A stretch of 64,000 nt of DNA from an uncultured Gemmatimonadaceae bacterium (GTDB taxonomy: Bacteria > Gemmatimonadota > Gemmatimonadetes > Gemmatimonadales > Gemmatimonadaceae), in NCBI GenBank assembly GCA_963822945.1, contig CAWGJO010000027.1:160001-224000 (forward strand), written 5' to 3'. The translations under genes and the position numbers were made by a program. Below the pieces are notes generated by a model, which did no database searches, had not been told where the DNA came from, and was given only the letters and a program-made list of their open reading frames with translations. Below, piece by piece: positions 49,932 through 60,387 of this stretch (position 1 is its first letter; every line of letters begins with the position of its first letter).

Positions 49932-50363
49932 ATGACACTCACCGTTCTTCTCGTCGACGACAGCGCCGTGATGCGGCGGATGATCGCGCGCACGCTGGAG
50001 CTGAGCGGGCGTGCCCCTCGGCGCGGTGCTGTCGGGCGCGCGACGGCCAACAGGCGCTCGAGGCGGCGCGCATGCGAGCACGTCGATCTCGCGCTCGTCG
50101 ACATCAACATGCCCGTCATGGACGGCGAGGAACTGATCGATCGCCTGCGCGCCGAACCGCGCACCGCCTCGCTGCCCGTGATCGTCGTCTCCACCGAGAG
50201 CAGCCCCGCCCGCGTCGAGCGCCTGCAACGGAAGGGCGCGCGGTTCGTGCACAAACCGTTCACCCCGGAGATGCTCCGGGACACCATCCACGCCATACCG
50301 GGACTCGCCGATGCCTGCCGACTTCACGCCGCCGCTCCAGCGGGCGGTGATCTCGACTTTTGA
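49932..50363 (+). CDS. Single-domain response regulator (CheY-like; local compensating frameshifts near 50008-50075)
   Basis: LLVDDSAVMRRMI, VDINMPVMDG, VVSTE, FVHKPF. Confidence 0.82.
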   Translation: MTLTVLLVDDSAVMRRMIARTLELSGRAPRRGAVGRATANRRSRRRACEHVDLALVDINMPVMDGEELIDRLRAEPRTASLPVIVVSTESSPARVERLQRKGARFVHKPFTPEMLRDTIHAIPGLADACRLHAAAPAGGDLDF

Positions 50364-50751
50364 GAATCTCGCGCTCCTGCTGCCGGCCGAGGGGAATGGC
50401 GGCGGCGACGACGAGGCTCCGATCGCGCGCGCCGTTCGCGTGGAGTTCGACGGGCCGCGGAGCGGCTTCGTGGAACTGCGCGCCTCCGCCCGCGTGATCG
50501 CCGACGCGGCGCGCAATATGCTCGCCGACGATCAACCGACGCCGGACCTCGAACTCGATGCCTTGGCCGAGATCGCCAACGTCGTCTGCGGCAATCTGGT
50601 GGGCGAGCTGGGCAGCCCGCACGACGTCTACCGGCTCGCGCCACCGGTCGCCGTGCCGCTCGAGCCGCTGCCGGCGGCGCACGCGGCCGTCCTCATCCGT
50701 CTCGAGCGAGGACGCGTCCAGGCGCGGCTCGCGTTCGGCCCGGCTGCCTGA
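50311..50751 (+). CDS. cheX: CheX-like phosphatase
   Basis: VEFDGPRSG, DALAEIANVVCGNL (ExxN motif). Confidence 0.75.
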   Translation: MPADFTPPLQRAVISTFENLALLLPAEGNGGGDDEAPIARAVRVEFDGPRSGFVELRASARVIADAARNMLADDQPTPDLELDALAEIANVVCGNLVGELGSPHDVYRLAPPVAVPLEPLPAAHAAVLIRLERGRVQARLAFGPAA

Positions 50752-50760
50752 GGCGCCACC

Positions 50761-51816
50761 GTGATCCGCGTCCTGGTGGTCGACGATTCCGCGCTCGTGC
50801 GCAGCGTCCTGTCCGAAGAGCTCGGGCGTTTTCCCGACATCGAAGTCGTCGGCACGGCCACCGACCCCTTCGTCGCGCGCGACCGGATCCTCGAACTCCA
50901 CCCCGACGTCCTGACGCTGGACGTCGAGATGCCCCGCATGGACGGGCTCTCCTTCCTCGAGCGCCTCATGCGCCACCACCCGATTCCGGTGGTCATCGTC
51001 AGTTCGCTGACCCCCGAGCACAGTGACGCGGCCCTCCGCGCCCTCGACCTCGGTGCCATCGACGTCGTGAGCAAGCCGGGGTCGGCCTACTCCGTTCCCG
51101 AGGTCGGCCGCGATCTCGTACGCGCCATCCGTACCGCCGCGCACGCGCGGCTCCCCAAACCGCACGCGCACGGCGGGCTGCCCGCAACACCAGCGGTTTC
51201 AAGCTCGAACACGGGAGACGCCCTCGCCCGTTTGCGCACCACCAACCGCCTGCTCGCCATCGGCGCCTCCACCGGCGGCACCAAGGCCATCGAGACGGTG
51301 CTCCGGGCCCTCCCCGCCTCGGCGCCCGGGACCGTCATCGTACAGCACATGCCGGCCGGATTCACCCGCGCGTTCGCGCAGCGCCTGAACGGGGTCTGCA
51401 CCATCGAAGTGCGCGAGGCGGCGGACGGCGACCTCGTCACGCCGGGTCTGGCCCTCATTGCCCCCGGCAACCAGCACATGGTGGTGCAGCGCAACGGCGC
51501 CCAGTTCGTGGCCCGGCTCAAGGACGGCCCTCCCGTGCATCACCAACGACCGGCCGTCGACGTGCTGTTCCAGTCGGTCGCCCGCGCCGCCGGACGCAAC
51601 GCCGTCGGCGTCGTCCTCACGGGCATGGGCGCCGACGGCGCCCGGGGCATGCGCGCCATGTACGACGCCGGCGCCTGGACCATCGCTCAGGACGAAGCCA
51701 GTTGCGTCGTGTACGGCATGCCGCGCGAAGCCGTCGCGCTCGGGGGCGTCCACGAAGTGAAGGCGCTGGATCGCGTCGCCCACGCGGCGGTCGCCGCGTT
51801 GCTCGCCGATGCCTGA
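50761..51816 (+). CDS. cheB: CheB methylesterase
   Basis: REC domain plus IGASTGG, VQHMP, RPAVDVLF, LTGMGADG, YGMP. Confidence 0.96.
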   Translation: MIRVLVVDDSALVRSVLSEELGRFPDIEVVGTATDPFVARDRILELHPDVLTLDVEMPRMDGLSFLERLMRHHPIPVVIVSSLTPEHSDAALRALDLGAIDVVSKPGSAYSVPEVGRDLVRAIRTAAHARLPKPHAHGGLPATPAVSSSNTGDALARLRTTNRLLAIGASTGGTKAIETVLRALPASAPGTVIVQHMPAGFTRAFAQRLNGVCTIEVREAADGDLVTPGLALIAPGNQHMVVQRNGAQFVARLKDGPPVHHQRPAVDVLFQSVARAAGRNAVGVVLTGMGADGARGMRAMYDAGAWTIAQDEASCVVYGMPREAVALGGVHEVKALDRVAHAAVAALLADA

Positions 51817-51831
51817 GTCCGAGCGGAGGCG

Positions 51832-51859
51832 TTAAGACTTACCCGCCGCGTGACGACAC
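51832..51859 (+). promoter_or_regulatory. Weak sigma28-like promoter before the hybrid kinase
   Basis: TTAAG-N15-GACGACAC. Confidence 0.35.
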
Positions 51860-51881
51860 TGGCGGGCGGAGAAACCTCGAC

Positions 51882-54794
51882 ATGCCCACCGCCGCCAAGT
51901 GTACCCCGACCACCAGCGACGTGGTCTCCGTTGACGTGTCGACGGAGTTCGCGCACCTCGACGCATTGCCGGTGGCGATCGCGATTGCGACCGCCGACGG
52001 CATCCGCGTCAATCGCGCCGCCGAAGGCCTAACCGGCTACGCGCGCGACGACCTCCGAACGCTCGCCGGCTGGGCCGGCATCCTCGACGTCGGAGAGCCC
52101 GCGCTGGTCCGGCGGCTGTTCACGCTCGACGGTGCCGACGGGCCGCGCGGTCGGTTCGTCGCCACGCTCCACCGAAAGAACGGCACCCGGCGGCTGGTGG
52201 AACTGATCGGGCGGCAGGAACTCGGGCGCGTATATTGGACCCTGCACGCCGCGGGAAGCGAATCGAACCCGCGCATCGAGGAGAACGATCGCGCGTTCCG
52301 TCGCGTGGCCGACGAGACCCCCGCCATGCTGTGGATGTCGTCCACCGCGCACCCCAACGTTCTGATCAACCGGCGGCTGGCGGATTTCCTGGGGGTCGAC
52401 GCCACCGATCTCGGCGATACCTGGTCCAGCTACTTCCACCCCGACGATGTGGCCCGTGTGGAAGGCGAGATGCAGGCGGCGATCCGCGAGTCGCGCGACC
52501 TCTTCGTGGACGCCCGCGTGCGCCGGTACGATGGAAGCTGGCGCCGGATGCTCGACATGGCGACGCCACGGTTCGCGGCCGACGGCGCCTTTCTCGGCGT
52601 CTCCGGCTGCCTCGTGGACGTCACCGAGTGGCGCGCCGCCGAACACGACCGGCGGCTCGAAGCCGAGGCCGGCGCATTGCTCGCCGGCTCCTTCGATGTC
52701 GACGAGCTGCTCGATCGTCTGGCCGGGCTTGGCGTGCCGCTGTTGGGCGATGCCTGCCTGCTCGACTTCTGCCGTGACGGCCGCTACGTCCGCCGCATTG
52801 CCGCCCACTGCATTTCCGATGGGCGCCGGCCGCTGATGGACGAGATACTGGCGCGCGCCGATGCTGCCCGGCCCAGGGACAGCCTCGTGGATCAGGTGCT
52901 GACCACGCGCGAACCGCTGCTCGTGCCGGTGGTCGGTCAGCACTTCATCGCCGACGTGGCGGCGCGCGATCGGCGCCTTGCCGAGATCATGGCCGAGGGC
53001 GGGCTCCGGTCGTTGATGATCGTGCCGTTGCTGGCGCGCGGCGAGGTGCTCGGCGCCATGACCTTCATCGTCGTGGAAGACGATCGGCACCTTGGACCGC
53101 GCGAACTCTCGCTCGCACTTGCCGTCGCCGGACGCGCCGCCGTTGCGCTCCAGCACGCCGAACTCTACGCCGCGGCGCGCAGCGAACTCGCCGAGCGCCG
53201 GCGCGCCGAGGCGGAATGCGCGGCGAGCGACGCGACGTTGCGCGGGTTCTTCGATGCCCACGGCGTGTATGCGTGCGTCTTCGACATCGACGACGAGACC
53301 GAAGACTTCATCGTCGTCATGGCCAATCGCTCCTATGCCGCAACCTACGACCGGACGCCGGAGGATTTCGTCAACGCAAGTGCCCGCGCGTACGGCGTTC
53401 CCGAAGACCGCATCGCCTGGTTCCTCAGCCAACTCCGGGCCTGCCGCGATCGCGGCGAGCCCATCACCGTGGAGTTCGCGCCCACCAGTGCCCGGCGCCC
53501 AGTCTTCCATCTGGGCAGCATCAACCCGATCCAGCGTGGGTCCGACGCCAGAACGGTCTTTCTGTACGTCGGCACCGACATCACAGAGCGCAAGCAGCTG
53601 GAGAGCCAGCTCCTTCAGGCCCAGAAGATGGAGGCGGTGGGCCGCCTGGCCGGAGGCGTTGCCCACGACTTCAACAATCTCCTCACCGTGATCAGCGGAT
53701 CCGCCGAGTTCCTCCTCGAGAACCGGACGGAGGGCGACACGGTGTGGCAGGACGCGATGCAGATTCGCCAGGCGGCTGACCGCGGCGCCGCGCTCACGCG
53801 CCAACTCCTCACCTTCAGTCGCAGTCAGGTCATCCGGCCCCGACACGTGGATCTCAATGGACTCGTCGGGGAGATGGAGAAGATGCTGCGCCGCCTCATC
53901 GGCGAGGACGTCGCGCTGCACATCACCCTCGCCCCCGACACGCCCTGGGCGTACATCGACCCGGGCCAGTTCGAACAGGCCGTGTTCAACCTGGCGGTGA
54001 ACGCCCGCGACGCCATGCCCCGTGGGGGATGCTTCAGCCTCGCCACCACCCATACGGTGTTCGATGCGTCCGATGCCGCCATGCGGCCCGGTCTGGTCGC
54101 TGGCAAGTATGTCGTGATCACGGTGAGCGATACCGGCGTGGGCATGGATGCCACCACCCAGGCCCGCATCTTCGAGCCGTTCTTCACCACCAAGGAAGCC
54201 GGCAAGGGCACCGGCCTCGGCCTTTCCACGGTGTTCGGCAGCGTCAAGCAGGCCGGTGGGCACATCGTCGTGTACAGCGAGCCCGGTGTCGGCACGACCT
54301 TCCGCATGTTCCTCCCCGACGCCGGCGCTCCGGCGTCGGCGCCCCTCGTCTCCCGACGCGCCGCGGCCTGTCGCCGCGGCACCGAAACGGTCCTGCTCGT
54401 GGAGGACGAACCCGTGGTGCGCCGGCTCGCCTTCCGGGCCCTCACCGAACGCGGCTTCCGGGTGCTCGAAGCCGCGTCGGCCGACGAGGCGCTGACCGTG
54501 GCCGCCGAATGCCATGTGCCGCTCGACATCGTGGTCACCGACGTGGTGCTGCCCGGCGCCAACGGCCGCGAACTCGTGGAGCAGCTGCAGCGCCGGAGTC
54601 CCGGCATCAAGGCGCTGTTCATGTCCGGATACACGGCCGACGTCCTGCTCCATCATCGCATCGCCGATCAGTCGGCGCCCTTTCTCGAGAAGCCGTTCAC
54701 GGTCGAAGGGCTGGTGGTCGCCATCCGCGACGTGCTCGACGGAACCGAGGTCCGAACCCCGTCCCCACGGGATCGCGCGGACGGCGAGGCCTGA
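51882..54794 (+). CDS. Hybrid sensor kinase PAS-PAS-GAF-PAS-HisKA-HATPase-REC
   Basis: QKMEAVGRLAGGVAHDFNNLLT; NLAVNARDAMP; GKGTGLGL; C-terminal REC. Confidence 0.92.
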   Translation: MPTAAKCTPTTSDVVSVDVSTEFAHLDALPVAIAIATADGIRVNRAAEGLTGYARDDLRTLAGWAGILDVGEPALVRRLFTLDGADGPRGRFVATLHRKNGTRRLVELIGRQELGRVYWTLHAAGSESNPRIEENDRAFRRVADETPAMLWMSSTAHPNVLINRRLADFLGVDATDLGDTWSSYFHPDDVARVEGEMQAAIRESRDLFVDARVRRYDGSWRRMLDMATPRFAADGAFLGVSGCLVDVTEWRAAEHDRRLEAEAGALLAGSFDVDELLDRLAGLGVPLLGDACLLDFCRDGRYVRRIAAHCISDGRRPLMDEILARADAARPRDSLVDQVLTTREPLLVPVVGQHFIADVAARDRRLAEIMAEGGLRSLMIVPLLARGEVLGAMTFIVVEDDRHLGPRELSLALAVAGRAAVALQHAELYAAARSELAERRRAEAECAASDATLRGFFDAHGVYACVFDIDDETEDFIVVMANRSYAATYDRTPEDFVNASARAYGVPEDRIAWFLSQLRACRDRGEPITVEFAPTSARRPVFHLGSINPIQRGSDARTVFLYVGTDITERKQLESQLLQAQKMEAVGRLAGGVAHDFNNLLTVISGSAEFLLENRTEGDTVWQDAMQIRQAADRGAALTRQLLTFSRSQVIRPRHVDLNGLVGEMEKMLRRLIGEDVALHITLAPDTPWAYIDPGQFEQAVFNLAVNARDAMPRGGCFSLATTHTVFDASDAAMRPGLVAGKYVVITVSDTGVGMDATTQARIFEPFFTTKEAGKGTGLGLSTVFGSVKQAGGHIVVYSEPGVGTTFRMFLPDAGAPASAPLVSRRAAACRRGTETVLLVEDEPVVRRLAFRALTERGFRVLEAASADEALTVAAECHVPLDIVVTDVVLPGANGRELVEQLQRRSPGIKALFMSGYTADVLLHHRIADQSAPFLEKPFTVEGLVVAIRDVLDGTEVRTPSPRDRADGEA

Positions 54795-54818
54795 CCGCGC
54801 CCGCAGCGCCGTGGGGCG

Positions 54819-57233
54819 CTATCGTCCGGCGCTCAACGCCTGCGCCATCGCGCTCAGCAGGCTGCCCGCGTCGAACGGCTTCCGGATGAACCCGGCGACG
54901 CCGGGCTCGACGTCCCCCGGCAGCGGCAGTCCGCTGCAGGCGACCACGCGAACGCCGGCATCGAATCCCTTGAGCGTCGCGATGAGGGCCGACCCGCCCA
55001 TGACCGGCATCGCGAGATCCGTCAGCACGACGGCGATCTCACTGCGATGGCGGGCGTAGAGCGACAGGGCCTCCGCGCCGTTGGCCGCCACCAGCGCGCG
55101 ATACCCGGCCGCCAGTAGAATCCGTTCCGCCATCGCACGAATCGCGTCCTCGTCGTCCACGATCAGCACCAGCTCGCCCCGGCCGCGCGGCAGCTCGGCC
55201 GGCGCGCCCACGACATCGCGCCGGGCGGGCTCCGACTCCGCGGCGGGCAGATACACCTTGAACGCCGTCCCGCGACCGACCTCGGTCTCCACATCCATGA
55301 ACCCGCCGTGGCTCCGGACGATGGCGAGCGTGGTTGAGAGTCCGAGCCCGGTGCCCACGCCGACCGGCTTCGTCGTGAAGAACGGATCGAAAATGCGGTC
55401 GCGGACATCCGGCGCGATCCCCGTACCGTCATCGGTCACGCGCGTCACCACGAACGCGCCGGCCCGGGCGCCGGGGTGCCGGGCGACGTCGGCGTCGCGC
55501 AGCGTCACGTTCTCCACGTCGATCGACAGATGGCCGCCGTTGGGCATTGCGTCGCGGGCATTCACGCAGAGGTTCAGCAACACCTGGTGCAACTGCGTGG
55601 GATCGCCGATCACGATCCACGAGTCCTCGGGCAAGGCGTGCTGCAACTCGATCGACTTGGGAAACGTCTCCGTCATGATCTGGAGCAACTCCTGCACCAC
55701 GTGCGGCAGTCGCACGGGCAGCCGCTCGCCCTCGACGCCCCGCGCGAAGGCGAGCACCTGGCGCACGAGGTCGGCGCCGCGCTCCGCGCTGCGCCGCATC
55801 GATTCGATCATGCGCCGGTCCTTCTCGTTGGTCGCGAGCTCCTTCAGGAACCCCATCGCCATGACGATCGGCGTCAGCACGTTGTTGAGGTCGTGGGCAA
55901 TTCCCCCGGCCAGCGTGCCGATGCTCTCCAGACGCTGCGAACGCCGGAATTGTGCTTCCAGGTTCTTGCGTTCGGTGATGTCGCTGTCGATGGCCAGTAC
56001 GGCGGCGGGAATCCCCGAGTGGTCGCGGACGAGCGTCCACCGGCCCTCCACGATGCGGCGTTCGCCGTCGGCCCGATCGGTGTTCAACTCCCCCTCCCAG
56101 TCTCCCGCCTCCAGCACGTGGCGCCGCGCCGCATCGTACCGCGGCTGCTCCACGCTGACCAGCTCCGCAAATACACCGCCGAGCACGTCCGCGGCCGTTC
56201 GTCCGTAGACCCGTTCGGCCCCCCGATTCCAGTAGATCACCCGGTCGTCCAGGTCGCGCACCACGATCGCCTCGTGCGTCGCATCGAGCAGGGCGGCCTG
56301 GTCGGCCAGCCGGTCTTCCGCCTCCTTCGCCTCCGACACGTCCTCGGCAATGCCAACCACGCGATAGATCTCGCCGTGCGCGTCGCGAATCGGGAACGCG
56401 CGATCGCGGATCCACCGCACCGCGCCGTCGGACCGGACGATGCGGTAGAGCTCGTCGTACTCGCCGGCCACCTGCTTGGTGCGGGCGGCGTCCACGACGC
56501 GCGCCCGATCGTCCGGGTGCACGGCCTCGTACCATGCCTGCGGCGCCGATCGGAGTTCGGCCGCCGAGCGGCCCCAGATCTTCTCGTATCCCGGACTCAC
56601 GTAGTCGACGGTGGTCTTCGCGGGATCCGTCACCCAGAACACCCCGCTGATGTTCTCCGCGAGCTGCCGGAACCGTTCCTCGCTCTCGCGCAGCGTCACC
56701 GCGGCCCGCTCCCGCTCCACGATGTCCGCCTGCAGCGCGCGGTTCATCTCGTCCAGCTGCCGTGACTTGTCTTCCAGCTTCCGGATGAGCGCTTCGCTGT
56801 ACTGCTTGAGCACCCCGGGATCGTCGGACGGTGGTGGCCGCCGGCGCGCGGGCGGCGCCGTGGCGGCCCGCGCCAGCACCTCCCCGATGCGCGCCATGAA
56901 CTCGTCCGGCTCCACCGGCCTTACGATGAACGCGTCGGTGCCCAGATCGAGGGCCAGACGTTCGTCGCTCGAACTCGTATACGTCGAGGTGTACACCACG
57001 AAGGGCACGCCCTCGAGCCGGGGGTCGCCCTTCCACTCCCGCAGCAGCGAGTAGCCGTCCATCACCGGCATCAGCAGATCCGAGATCACGAGGTCCGGCA
57101 CCGTGCGGCGCGCATGGACGAGCGCCTCCGCGCCGTCGCCCGCCGCGTCCACCGTCCAGCCGTGGCCCTCCAGCAGCGCACGCAGGTAGTAGCGGTTCGC
57201 GTCGTTGTCGTCGACCACCAGGGCGCGCGTCAG
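54819..57233 (-). CDS. Hybrid sensor kinase REC-PAS-PAS-HisKA-HATPase-REC
   Basis: (L)TRALVVDDN; AGGIAHDLNN; NLCVNARDAMP; start uncertain (CTG 57233 or GTG 57218). Confidence 0.9.
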   Translation of the reverse strand: MTRALVVDDNDANRYYLRALLEGHGWTVDAAGDGAEALVHARRTVPDLVISDLLMPVMDGYSLLREWKGDPRLEGVPFVVYTSTYTSSSDERLALDLGTDAFIVRPVEPDEFMARIGEVLARAATAPPARRRPPPSDDPGVLKQYSEALIRKLEDKSRQLDEMNRALQADIVERERAAVTLRESEERFRQLAENISGVFWVTDPAKTTVDYVSPGYEKIWGRSAAELRSAPQAWYEAVHPDDRARVVDAARTKQVAGEYDELYRIVRSDGAVRWIRDRAFPIRDAHGEIYRVVGIAEDVSEAKEAEDRLADQAALLDATHEAIVVRDLDDRVIYWNRGAERVYGRTAADVLGGVFAELVSVEQPRYDAARRHVLEAGDWEGELNTDRADGERRIVEGRWTLVRDHSGIPAAVLAIDSDITERKNLEAQFRRSQRLESIGTLAGGIAHDLNNVLTPIVMAMGFLKELATNEKDRRMIESMRRSAERGADLVRQVLAFARGVEGERLPVRLPHVVQELLQIMTETFPKSIELQHALPEDSWIVIGDPTQLHQVLLNLCVNARDAMPNGGHLSIDVENVTLRDADVARHPGARAGAFVVTRVTDDGTGIAPDVRDRIFDPFFTTKPVGVGTGLGLSTTLAIVRSHGGFMDVETEVGRGTAFKVYLPAAESEPARRDVVGAPAELPRGRGELVLIVDDEDAIRAMAERILLAAGYRALVAANGAEALSLYARHRSEIAVVLTDLAMPVMGGSALIATLKGFDAGVRVVACSGLPLPGDVEPGVAGFIRKPFDAGSLLSAMAQALSAGR

Positions 57234-57622
57234 TCGGTCCCCCCTCGGCCGGTCCCCGCCTGGAGGAACCGCGTCACCTCGTCCACGAACGTGTCCGGAT
57301 CGATCGGCTTCTCCAGATACCCGTCGCAGCCGGCCGCCAGCGCCTTCTCGCGGTCGCCGACCATCGCAAACGAGGTCAGCGCCACGATGGGCGTGTCATG
57401 CAGTACATCGATGTCCCGAAGCGCGCGCGCCACCGCGTGACCGTCCATGCCCGGCAGTTGAATGTCCAGCAGAATGAGCGCCGGACGATGGGTGCGCGCA
57501 GCCGCGATACCGCGCGGGCCGTCGACCGCGGAGAATACGCGGTAGCCCCCGCGCTCCAGCAGAAAAGTGGCGAGATAGCTGTTCTGCTCGTTGTCTTCGA
57601 TCAACAGGACGGTGTGGGTCAT
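57230..57622 (-). CDS. Single-domain response regulator (DivK-like)
   Basis: LLIEDNEQN, LDIQLPGMDG, ALTSFAMVGDREKALAAGCDGYLEKPI. Confidence 0.9.
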   Translation of the reverse strand: MTHTVLLIEDNEQNSYLATFLLERGGYRVFSAVDGPRGIAAARTHRPALILLDIQLPGMDGHAVARALRDIDVLHDTPIVALTSFAMVGDREKALAAGCDGYLEKPIDPDTFVDEVTRFLQAGTGRGGTD

Positions 57623-59727
57623 GGCGCCGGCGTCATTCGGACCGGAACGGTGACCGTGAACGTGCTGCCCTTCTCCCATTCGGATTCCACGGTGATCTCG
57701 CCCTCGAGCAGCGTGGCGAGGCGGCGGCAGATCGCCAGGCCGAGGCCCGTTCCCTCATGTCGCCGCGTGAGACTGGAGTCCACCTGCTGGAACGGCTGGA
57801 ACAGCAGCGCCAGGCTCTCGGGCTTGATCCCGATTCCCGTATCGGCCACCCGCACGCGCAGGGCCGGACCGACCTCGGCATCGGGCGCCGCCCGAAAGCC
57901 GTTCACGAGCTCGGCGCTCACCGCGACGCTGCCGCGTTCAGTGAACTTGACCGCGTTGCTGATCAGATTCAACACGATCTGCTTCAACCGTCGCTGATCG
58001 GTCACCATCTGACCCAGTTCGTTCCGCACCACGAGCGCCAACGCGAGTCCCTTCTGCTCGGCCTGTGGCGTGAGCACCTCCACCGCGCGCTCCAGCATCC
58101 TGCGCGCGTCGAATGGCTCGGGCGCGACCTCGAGCTGCCCCGCCTCGATCTTCGAGAGATCGAGAATGTCGTTGATCAGGGTGAGCAGATGGTGCGCGCT
58201 CCCCCGCACCATCCCGAGCTGCTTGCGCTGCTCGTCGGTCAGCGGCCCGGCCAATCCCTGCAACACGATTCCCGTGAACCCGATGATGGAATTCATCGGG
58301 GTGCGCAACTCGTGCGACATCGTCGCCAGGAACGCGGACTTGAGCCGGTCGGCGGCCTCGGCCCGATGCAACGCCTCCCGCAGTTCCGTGGTCCGGGTGG
58401 CGACGTTGACCTCGAGCGTGTCGCGCAGCTCGTCTTCCGCGGCCTCCGCCCGCTTGCGCGCCGTGATGTCTTCCACCATGTCCACCGCGAACTGCGGATC
58501 GCCGTGCTCGTCGTAGACGATCGTCGACGTGAGCCGGCCCCACATGACCTCGCCGTTCTTGCGCCGGTAGCGGCGTTCGAGTTGCAGCCGTCCGTCCGTG
58601 CGGATCGGGCGCTCGGCTTCCGCCTCCCGACTGTCCGGGTGCACGACCTGATGCACCGTCATCGCGCAGAGTTCCGCCACCGTGTACCCGAGCATGTCGG
58701 CCAGCGACTGGTTGCACTCGAGAATGCGGCTCCCCAACACGCGCACGATGGCGATGCCGATCCCGGCCTGCTCGAAGATGGCCCGGAACCGATCCTTGCT
58801 GTGGCGCAGATCTTCCTGGCGCGAGAGGTTGTCCAGCGCGAACGATACGTCGTCCGTGGTTTCCTGCAGTAGCGAGGTCTCGAGGTCGCCGAAGAAGTCC
58901 GCCACGTGCGAGTAGCCGTTGAGCGTCGCGCAGATCTTCCCGCGTACGCGAATCGGAAACGCCGCCACGGCGCGCCACCCGTGTCCGTCGAGCGCCCGGC
59001 GCCAGGGCGCGATCGCCGGATCCCGGCGCACATCGTTCACGACGTACGCCCGTCCCTCGCGAAACGCCTTCCCCGCCGGCCCCCGCCCCTCCGGCCGCTC
59101 GTCGGCGTACACGCCGATCTCCTGCAGATAGCCGTCGTCGCCCCACGCGGCCACCGGCATCAGACGCTGTGTTTCCGGCGCGTGCCACCCCACCCACGCC
59201 ATGTTCACCCCTTGCTGCTCCACCAGAATCCGGCAGATGCGCTGCAACAGCGGGTCGCGTGCCCGGGTCCTGGCGATGGCCTGATTGATCAGGCTCCGCG
59301 TCTTGTAGAGTTGCGACACGCGGGCCATGGCGCGATCGCGCGCTCTGATCTCCTCGACGTCCCGCGCGATCTTCGACGCCCCCACGACCGTGCCATCCGC
59401 TCCCCGAATCGGCGAGACGGTGACCGACACGTGGATCGGCCCGCGGTGCTTCGTCTGGCGCACCGTCTCGAACGGTGGCACCCGTTCCCCGCGCCGGATG
59501 CACGTGAGGATCTGCTCCTCCTCGTCCACGCGGTCGTCGGGGATGATCCGCCACAGCGGCGACCCGATCATCTCGCGGGCGGAAAAGCCGAATATCCGCT
59601 CGGCACCGCCGTTCCAGCTCGTGACGATGCCGTTCAGATCCTTGCCGATGATGGCGTCGTGCGACGACTCGACGATCGCCGCCAACTCCGAGATCGCGGT
59701 CACCGCATCCTTACCCGGTTCCGCCAT
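57619..59727 (-). CDS. Sensor histidine kinase PAS-GAF-PAS-HisKA-HATPase
   Basis: KSAFLATMSHELRTPMN; NLISNAVKFT; GTGLGLAI. Confidence 0.92.
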   Translation of the reverse strand: MAEPGKDAVTAISELAAIVESSHDAIIGKDLNGIVTSWNGGAERIFGFSAREMIGSPLWRIIPDDRVDEEEQILTCIRRGERVPPFETVRQTKHRGPIHVSVTVSPIRGADGTVVGASKIARDVEEIRARDRAMARVSQLYKTRSLINQAIARTRARDPLLQRICRILVEQQGVNMAWVGWHAPETQRLMPVAAWGDDGYLQEIGVYADERPEGRGPAGKAFREGRAYVVNDVRRDPAIAPWRRALDGHGWRAVAAFPIRVRGKICATLNGYSHVADFFGDLETSLLQETTDDVSFALDNLSRQEDLRHSKDRFRAIFEQAGIGIAIVRVLGSRILECNQSLADMLGYTVAELCAMTVHQVVHPDSREAEAERPIRTDGRLQLERRYRRKNGEVMWGRLTSTIVYDEHGDPQFAVDMVEDITARKRAEAAEDELRDTLEVNVATRTTELREALHRAEAADRLKSAFLATMSHELRTPMNSIIGFTGIVLQGLAGPLTDEQRKQLGMVRGSAHHLLTLINDILDLSKIEAGQLEVAPEPFDARRMLERAVEVLTPQAEQKGLALALVVRNELGQMVTDQRRLKQIVLNLISNAVKFTERGSVAVSAELVNGFRAAPDAEVGPALRVRVADTGIGIKPESLALLFQPFQQVDSSLTRRHEGTGLGLAICRRLATLLEGEITVESEWEKGSTFTVTVPVRMTPAP

Positions 59728-60387
59728 CTATGCCACCGGCGCGCCGAGGGAACCCGCGACGGCATCCGAGGGCTTCGTCTGCCGCGCGTCACCGCACAGG
59801 GTTGCAGGGCGCGATGAGGGCCCCGGAATGGTGCTGACCATCGACGATATCCTGAGATGGGTGGACCGTCGGCGGGAGTGACCGGCGCACGGGCGTTCCC
59901 GAGCCCCTGCCACTCTGCTTCACGTCACAACGGTCCGTGTTCCGCCGAGCAGGACGACCTGCGCGATACGCCGCGCGCCGCAAGACCACGGCCCGGCGCA
60001 TTGCCGCGTGCCCGCCATTCACCGAATCTAGCCTTCGGTGAACCGGATGGAACGGTCGGTTGGAGTCTCGACCGACCCCTCATCGGGTCTGTCCCGGAGT
60101 GAACTTAGCAGCGAGGCGCGACCCTCACCACTCGCCGCCCCCGGAGGCCGACCAACCCGGGCGCCCGGGGATCCACCATCCGCGAACGGCCGGCCCGGAA
60201 CTTTGCACCTTCTCAATGGGGGCTGCCGCCCGCGCATACGTGTCCGCTCAATCTCCAGGTCACGTATCCATGCGTTTCGTCCACGCGCCAAGCTGAGTTT
60301 TATTGCCTGCGGGGTCGGGCGTCGTCTACCAGTGTGAACCCCGAGCCAAAGTGAGCCGCTGCCGCGCAGCGGGTGGGAGCCGTTGGA

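Noticed and set aside
59728..60387. 660-bp divergent intergenic region with short ORFs (e.g. MVLTIDDILRWVDRRRE)
   Set aside because: No supportable CDS, ncRNA, riboswitch or repeat recognised by eye; an Infernal/Rfam scan would be needed
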